Positions 58,693 through 64,000 of a stretch of DNA of 64,000 nucleotides are shown one piece after another. Under the pieces are notes generated by a model. The model did not search any database, was not told the DNA's origin, and saw only the letters and a program-made list of their open reading frames with translations. A program made the position numbers and the translations under genes. The number at the start of each line of letters is the position of its first letter. Within the stretch, counting starts at the first letter, position 1. This stretch comes from Limnothrix sp. BL-A-16 (GTDB taxonomy: Bacteria; Cyanobacteriota; Cyanobacteriia; CACIAM-69d): the NCBI GenBank assembly GCA_041937175.2, contig CP166615.1, forward strand, positions 1,920,001-1,984,000, given 5' to 3'.

Positions 58693-60920
58693 GTGCTTGT
58701 GGCTAACCATTTCCCGGACTCCGCCACGTTTGCGCCCGATCGCCCGGCTTCGATCGCCCGATCCATTTGGATCACAGGCGGGGCCCTCAGCGGCAAAACC
58801 CAAACCCTGGTGGATTGGTTCCAGGGGTTGCGGGATCAGTTGCCCCCGGGGAGTCGGGTGTTGGCCCTGGCGGCCAGCAGCGAAACCCGTTGGGCCCTGA
58901 TGGAACGGTTGGCGGCGGTGGGCTGGCCGGCAATCGACTGCACCACGCCTCTGGGTTTTTTTGAGCAGGAGGTGATGCTGTTCTATCCGTTGCTGGCGGA
59001 GCGGGCGGGGTTTGTGCCGCAATTTCCGCTGCTGTTGCGCCCGGAAAATGAACAGGAACTGGCGGGGCAGTTGTGGGGCCCGGCACTGGCTGAAAACCCT
59101 GATTCACCGATCGCCCAGCCCTTGCGAGAGCGGGCCGTGCGGCGGCTGTTGGATCTGTTGCAGTTGGCGGCCAACAGCGGCGCGGATTTGGCGGAAATTC
59201 CCGATCGCCTGGTGCAAGGGCTGGGGCCAGCGGCGGCGGTGGAACTGCCGGGAGATTGGGTCGATCGGGCGGGCGCTCTGATTGTGGAATGGCGAGATTG
59301 GTGCTTGCGGCGCGGTCTGCTCACCTACGGGCTGGTGAGTTGGCTTTATGGCACGTTTTTGCTCGCGGATCCGCGCTATCTCGATCGACTGCAACGACGC
59401 TATCAAGTGGTGTTGGCCGATGACACCGATGATTTTCCGGCCCTGGCGGGGCGGCTGTTGTCCCTGTTGCAGGAGGGCGGGGCTGGGCGGGCTACACCCA
59501 CAATCGCGATGGGGCCAGCCGCTTGGGGTTGGGTGCGGATCCCGCAGCCTTGCAGCCCTTAGCCGATCGCTGCGAAGGTCATCTGGATTTGGGACGCGCG
59601 AATCACGATTTTGTGCAACGGGTGGCTCCGTTGCTGACCACGGTGGCACGGGAACCCTTTGCGATCGCCCAATGGGCCGAAGCTTGGCCCTCCAGGGTGC
59701 AAGTGTTGACCACCATTGCTCGGGCCCAATTGCTGCGGGAAACGGCCGAAACCATTGTCCAAGCCGTCCAAACGGAAGCGATCCAACCCCAGGACATTGC
59801 GGTGATTAGTCCCGGTTTGGACTCGATCGCGGGCTATACCCTGGCCACCATCCTGCGCGATCGGGGATTACCCGTGACCCTGTTGAGCAACCAGCGGCCC
59901 TTGATCAGTTCGCCCACGGTGCGATCGCTTCTGACCCTTTGGACGTTGGTTTATCCGGGCTTGGGGGATTGGCTGAATCGGGAAGATGTGGCGGAAATGT
60001 TGGTGGGGCTGAGTACGGAACCGGATCCTTGGTTAGCCACCCCGGCCCCGGCGGCCACCGGGGCCGGGTCGATCGAGACAGCTGCGGCGTTGGATTTGGC
60101 GCTGCCGGACTTGGCGGAAACCAGCCCCACGGGCCTGCGCCGGGCGATCGATCCCGTGCGCGCTGGCCTGATTGCCGATCACTGCTTCCGTCCCGATCGA
60201 CAGCGGCCGGAACTGTTGCCCGTGGAAGTCTTTGCCCGTTGGGATCGGTTGGGTTACCGAGCCACCATGGCCTATCAAAAGCTGCGATCGTGGATTAGCG
60301 AACAACAGCAGCAACTCCGCCAGCGCCTGATTCGCAGCCCCCTAATTGTGCTCGATCGCGCCGTTCAGCAGTTTTTGTGGCATGGGGGGCGCTTGGATCC
60401 CGCCGAATTGGCCGCCCTGCGCGAACTCCTAGAGGCCGCCCATCGCTATTGGGACATCAGCCACCGCATTGATCCCCAAGCACCGGAAACGGAGACCATT
60501 CGCCAATTCATTGCTCTGTTACGACGCGGCACGATCGCCGCCAACCCCTTCCCCAGCCAAGTGCTGAACCCGGCCCCCAGCGGCATCATCCTCGCCAATA
60601 TTTTCCAGTACCGCACGGCTCGCCTTTCCCACCGCTGGCACTTTTGGCTAGATGCCGCCTCGCCCCTTTGGCCCCGAGGGGGTGCAGCGGTGTTGTTCGG
60701 TTCACCCCTGTTCTTGCAAGATTGGAACGGTCGCCGCCGCACCCCAGACGACGAGGAACAAGCAGACCTCGATCGGTTCGATCGAGTGGTGCATGACCTG
60801 TTGGGGCGTTGCCGCGATCGGCTGTATCTGTGCCACAGCGATCTATCGGTCACCGGCCAAGACCAGTTGGGCCCCATGCGCCCGGTGATCGATGCCAGCG
60901 AGCTTGGCGTAAGCGATTAG
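58693..60920 (+). pseudogene. conserved P-loop / helicase-like protein split by a 1-nt frameshift (or sequencing error)
   Basis: ORF1 has GGALSGKT and VLADD. Adding one G to GGGG at 59479-59482 joins it to WAGYTHNRDGASRLGLGADP in the ORF2 frame. Confidence 0.7.
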
Positions 60921-61180
60921 GAGATTGGGGCTTTCCCGTTCGTCGGCAACCCTGATTCCACCGTGGCGAGATCGTGGGGTGCAAGGGGCTGAGGGCTGGT
61001 CGTCAAATTGCCTGAAACCCTAATGATCTCGTTCTCCCAACCAATCAGTCGGAGGGGCGGGGTCTCCTCGCCCAGTTCCCGTGATCCTTGGGTGTTCCCA
61101 GGGGTGAACAGGGTTAGAGCGATCGCCCGGGTTAGGGTTGGGAGACCCAATCCCTACGGCGATGGAAATGACGACAGGCC

Positions 61181-61783
61181 CTAAGCCCAGGCCAGGTAAG
61201 GCAAACGGCCGGCAGTGGCCTGCACGGCCTCTCCTTGACTGACCAATTGACCGCAGCTATCCCACATGCCGCTGAGGAAGGCCTGGCGCGGCCCTTCCTT
61301 CATGGTGACGGTGATGGTTAAGTCCCCGATCGCAGCGGTCAGATTCACCAAATCCAAGGAAACCGAGGCGCTGGGGTTGGCTTCAATGGCCCCTTGCAAT
61401 GCCAACACATCCTCATGGCTAGCCGTGACGCAGGGAATCCCGATCGCCACGCAATTGCTAAAGAAGATTTCTGCAAAACTTTCGCCCACGATCGCCCCAA
61501 TCCCCCAACGGGCGATCGCCTGGGGTGCATGTTCACGACTGGAACCACAACCAAAGTTACGATTCACCACCAACAGCTTGGCCCCTTGGTATTGAGCCTG
61601 ATCAAAAGGATGCTCGCCGTTTAGTTGGGTGCGATCGTCCACAAAGGCATATTCACCCAATCCATCAAAGGTGACACAGCGCAGAAAGCGAGCCGGAATG
61701 ATGCGATCGGTGTCAATGTCATCACCGCGTAACGGCAAACCAGTACCCGAAACCCGTTGAACTTGACTGTTGATTTCGCTCAT
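61181..61783 (-). CDS. leuD: 3-isopropylmalate dehydratase small subunit
   Basis: [31 protein letters not shown]. Confidence 0.97.
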   Translation of the reverse strand: MSEINSQVQRVSGTGLPLRGDDIDTDRIIPARFLRCVTFDGLGEYAFVDDRTQLNGEHPFDQAQYQGAKLLVVNRNFGCGSSREHAPQAIARWGIGAIVGESFAEIFFSNCVAIGIPCVTASHEDVLALQGAIEANPSASVSLDLVNLTAAIGDLTITVTMKEGPRQAFLSGMWDSCGQLVSQGEAVQATAGRLPYLAWA

Positions 61784-61923
61784 AGGACTGCTAAAAGGCT
61801 GCTGATGGTCATGAAACAGAGTGGAGTTATCCTACCGCAATCGGATGATTTCGTTTCGATGATCTGGCTTAGGGAACTGAGTTTGGCCCTAAATCGTTAC
61901 TCAACGCCCTTAGCTCAATGTCC

Positions 61924-63342
61924 TTAACTCGCCGTTGGCGGAGCCGGAGGTTGAGCCGCCAAATTGATTCGATCGCTCAGTTGGCGTAAATTTTGGGCAA
62001 ACTCCGGATCCGCATCCTTTAATTGCGCCACTTTGTCACAGCTATACATCACCGTGGTGTGATCTTTGCCGCCAAATTCTTCCCCAATTCGGGGCAAGCT
62101 CAAATCCGTATGTTGTCGCATCAAATACATCCCAATTTGACGGGCTTGGCTAATTTCCCGGCGGCGAGAATTACCCTTCAAATCCTCAATCAAGATATTG
62201 AACGCATCCGCCACAATTTGAATCACCGACTCGGGCGAAGCTTCCACCGTTTCCACAGGCGGGTTCAAAACCGGCGCAATATTCTGCACCGTCATCGGCA
62301 ATCCCGAGATCGAAATATAGGCCACCGCCCGAATTAGGGCCCCTTCTAATTCCCGAATATTGGAGGTATAGCTAGCGGCAATATATTCAATTACATCGCG
62401 GGTCATCCGAATATTTTCGTACTCGGCTTTTTTCTGCAAAATGGCCATCCGGGTTTCAAAATCCGGCGGCTGAATGTCGGCAATTAAGCCCATGGAAAAC
62501 CGGGACGAAAGCCGTTCTTGCAACCGAGGAATTTGACTGGGCGGGCGATCGCTGGCCAACACCACCTGCTTGCCCGCTTCGTGCAATGTATTGAAGGTAT
62601 AGAAAAACTCCTCTTGGGTATATTCTTTCCCTTCAATAAATTGAATGTCATCCACAATGAGCACATCAACGGCGCGGTAAAACTCCCGAAACCGCTGCAT
62701 CCCATCCTTACGAATGGCGGCGATCAAATCATTGGTGAATTGTTCAGTGGAGACGTAATAAATTCTGGCATTCGGATCGGTTTCCAGGCGGTAATGACCG
62801 ATCGCCTGCATCAAATGGGTTTTGCCCAGTCCCACTCCCCCACACAAAAACAGGGGGTTAAATTCCCGACCCGGCGACTCAGCCACCGCCAGGGAAGCCG
62901 CGTGGGCCATGCGGTTGTTGGCCCCCACCACAAAGCGCGAAAAGGTATATTTCGGGTTCAACTCTGTGGCGGTGCGGCCCCGATCGCTGGGGGCAGGGCT
63001 GGCGATCGGCGGGGCACTGGGGGGATCGGCGATCGGCTCCGGTGGCGGCAAAAAGGCTTCCGGGTCGATCGCCCCGCCAACGCTTTCATCACCCCGGGCC
63101 GCCACGATCTGAATTTCCACCTCATGGCCCAACACCTCGCGGGCCGCCTGGGAAATAGCCTTTAGGTAATACTTTTGCAGCCAATTGCGAGCAAAGGGCG
63201 TGGGAGTCCGCACCACCAAAGCCTGATCGTCTAAGCGCTCTGCGATGGCCGTTTTGATCCAAGTTTCAAACGTTGGCCGACTCAGTTGGTTTTGGAGCTG
63301 ATCCAAAACCTGACCCCAGAACGCATCGAGCGATTTTTCCAC
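61924..63342 (-). CDS. dnaA: chromosomal replication initiator DnaA
   Basis: [41 protein letters not shown] 63342 follows AGAGGA, ATG 63351 is an alternative start. Confidence 0.98.
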   Translation of the reverse strand: MEKSLDAFWGQVLDQLQNQLSRPTFETWIKTAIAERLDDQALVVRTPTPFARNWLQKYYLKAISQAAREVLGHEVEIQIVAARGDESVGGAIDPEAFLPPPEPIADPPSAPPIASPAPSDRGRTATELNPKYTFSRFVVGANNRMAHAASLAVAESPGREFNPLFLCGGVGLGKTHLMQAIGHYRLETDPNARIYYVSTEQFTNDLIAAIRKDGMQRFREFYRAVDVLIVDDIQFIEGKEYTQEEFFYTFNTLHEAGKQVVLASDRPPSQIPRLQERLSSRFSMGLIADIQPPDFETRMAILQKKAEYENIRMTRDVIEYIAASYTSNIRELEGALIRAVAYISISGLPMTVQNIAPVLNPPVETVEASPESVIQIVADAFNILIEDLKGNSRRREISQARQIGMYLMRQHTDLSLPRIGEEFGGKDHTTVMYSCDKVAQLKDADPEFAQNLRQLSDRINLAAQPPAPPTAS

Positions 63343-64000
63343 GGTGGACATCCTCTGGACGAATCTCGATCGAACTCCCATCGCAGGTCACCGGTAGCGA
63401 TTCCACCCGTGCCCAACACCCCCAACGGTGTATTGCCCTGCGACTTCAGTTCGATGGCAACCATTCGATTGCACTGGTTGACTGCATGGTTCGCTGCATC
63501 CGGTTGATTGCTTGGATTACAGCGATCACTGCAACTGGCAACCAGTGCAGCGAAGTTATTCTAGCCGTCTTTGTTCGATTGAGCGGATCGAACCCGACCC
63601 AGCAGACCAAAACCCGGCCAAAACCAACGCAACAGCCCCGGAAGCCAGGGAAGCGATCGAGCAGTTGGGTCACCCTCACGCCCTGGCGAGCGGTTGCGTT
63701 GGCTCCGTCAGTAGGCTGGCAGTGCTCCTTCAGTCGTACTCGGTCAGCACTGGATTTAGTACGCAGTCAGTACATTGGACTGGGCCGATCGGCCCGTCAT
63801 CAGATTCCTCAAGACCCTGATTCCATGCTGGTCTGGTCGATCGCGCTCCAATCATCACCACAACTCCAGCAGCGAAATGCAGCATGAAGGGTCTGCTCGC
63901 TGACATCTAGTGTCCAGCAAAGAGCCATAAACCTATCATGAATCGGGCCAAGGGGCGATCAGCCGGAATTTCTTAAACAATTAATTCTGCTGATTCGGCC

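Larger units (their letters stand above)
1..64000. repeat. HIP1 octamer GCGATCGC and CGATCG core dispersed throughout
   Basis: Recurs every few hundred bases in core genes; sparse in 6.4-9.1 kb and 27.1-27.8 kb. Confidence 0.95.

Noticed and set aside
63273..63887. 204-aa ORF upstream of dnaA
   Set aside because: Overlaps dnaA antisense; no recognisable motif or SD

Overview
Chromosomal window from a GC-rich cyanobacterium. The HIP1 octamer GCGATCGC is very dense, and the gene set (pxcA, tftA-like amidase, DUF1816, Uma2, CHAT/FHA, pentapeptide proteins) fits a filamentous form, possibly Limnothrix-like (inference). Most of it is housekeeping DNA: menE-menC-menA/menF, rlmB-mrnC-STAS, cell-surface glycosyltransferases, minCDE, surE, rbgA, pxcA, leuD and dnaA. 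Accessory or odd items: (1) an unannotated structured RNA candidate in the leader of an SLH-domain gene, resembling a permuted half of the c-di-AMP riboswitch; (2) a class I (archaeal-type) lysyl-tRNA synthetase; (3) a 1315-aa glycosyltransferase with terminator-like, coiled-coil and two GT modules; (4) a GTAG-footed REP-like palindrome found alone and nested in two different MITE types; (5) a STAS gene that appears to need an ATT start; (6) a stand-alone fused restriction-modification gene; (7) an IS200/IS605 right-end remnant, a WD40 remnant, a frameshifted helicase-like gene and many short tandem repeats. I saw no rRNA, tRNA, CRISPR array, intact transposase or DnaA-box cluster. All family assignments come from motif recognition by eye, with no database searches.
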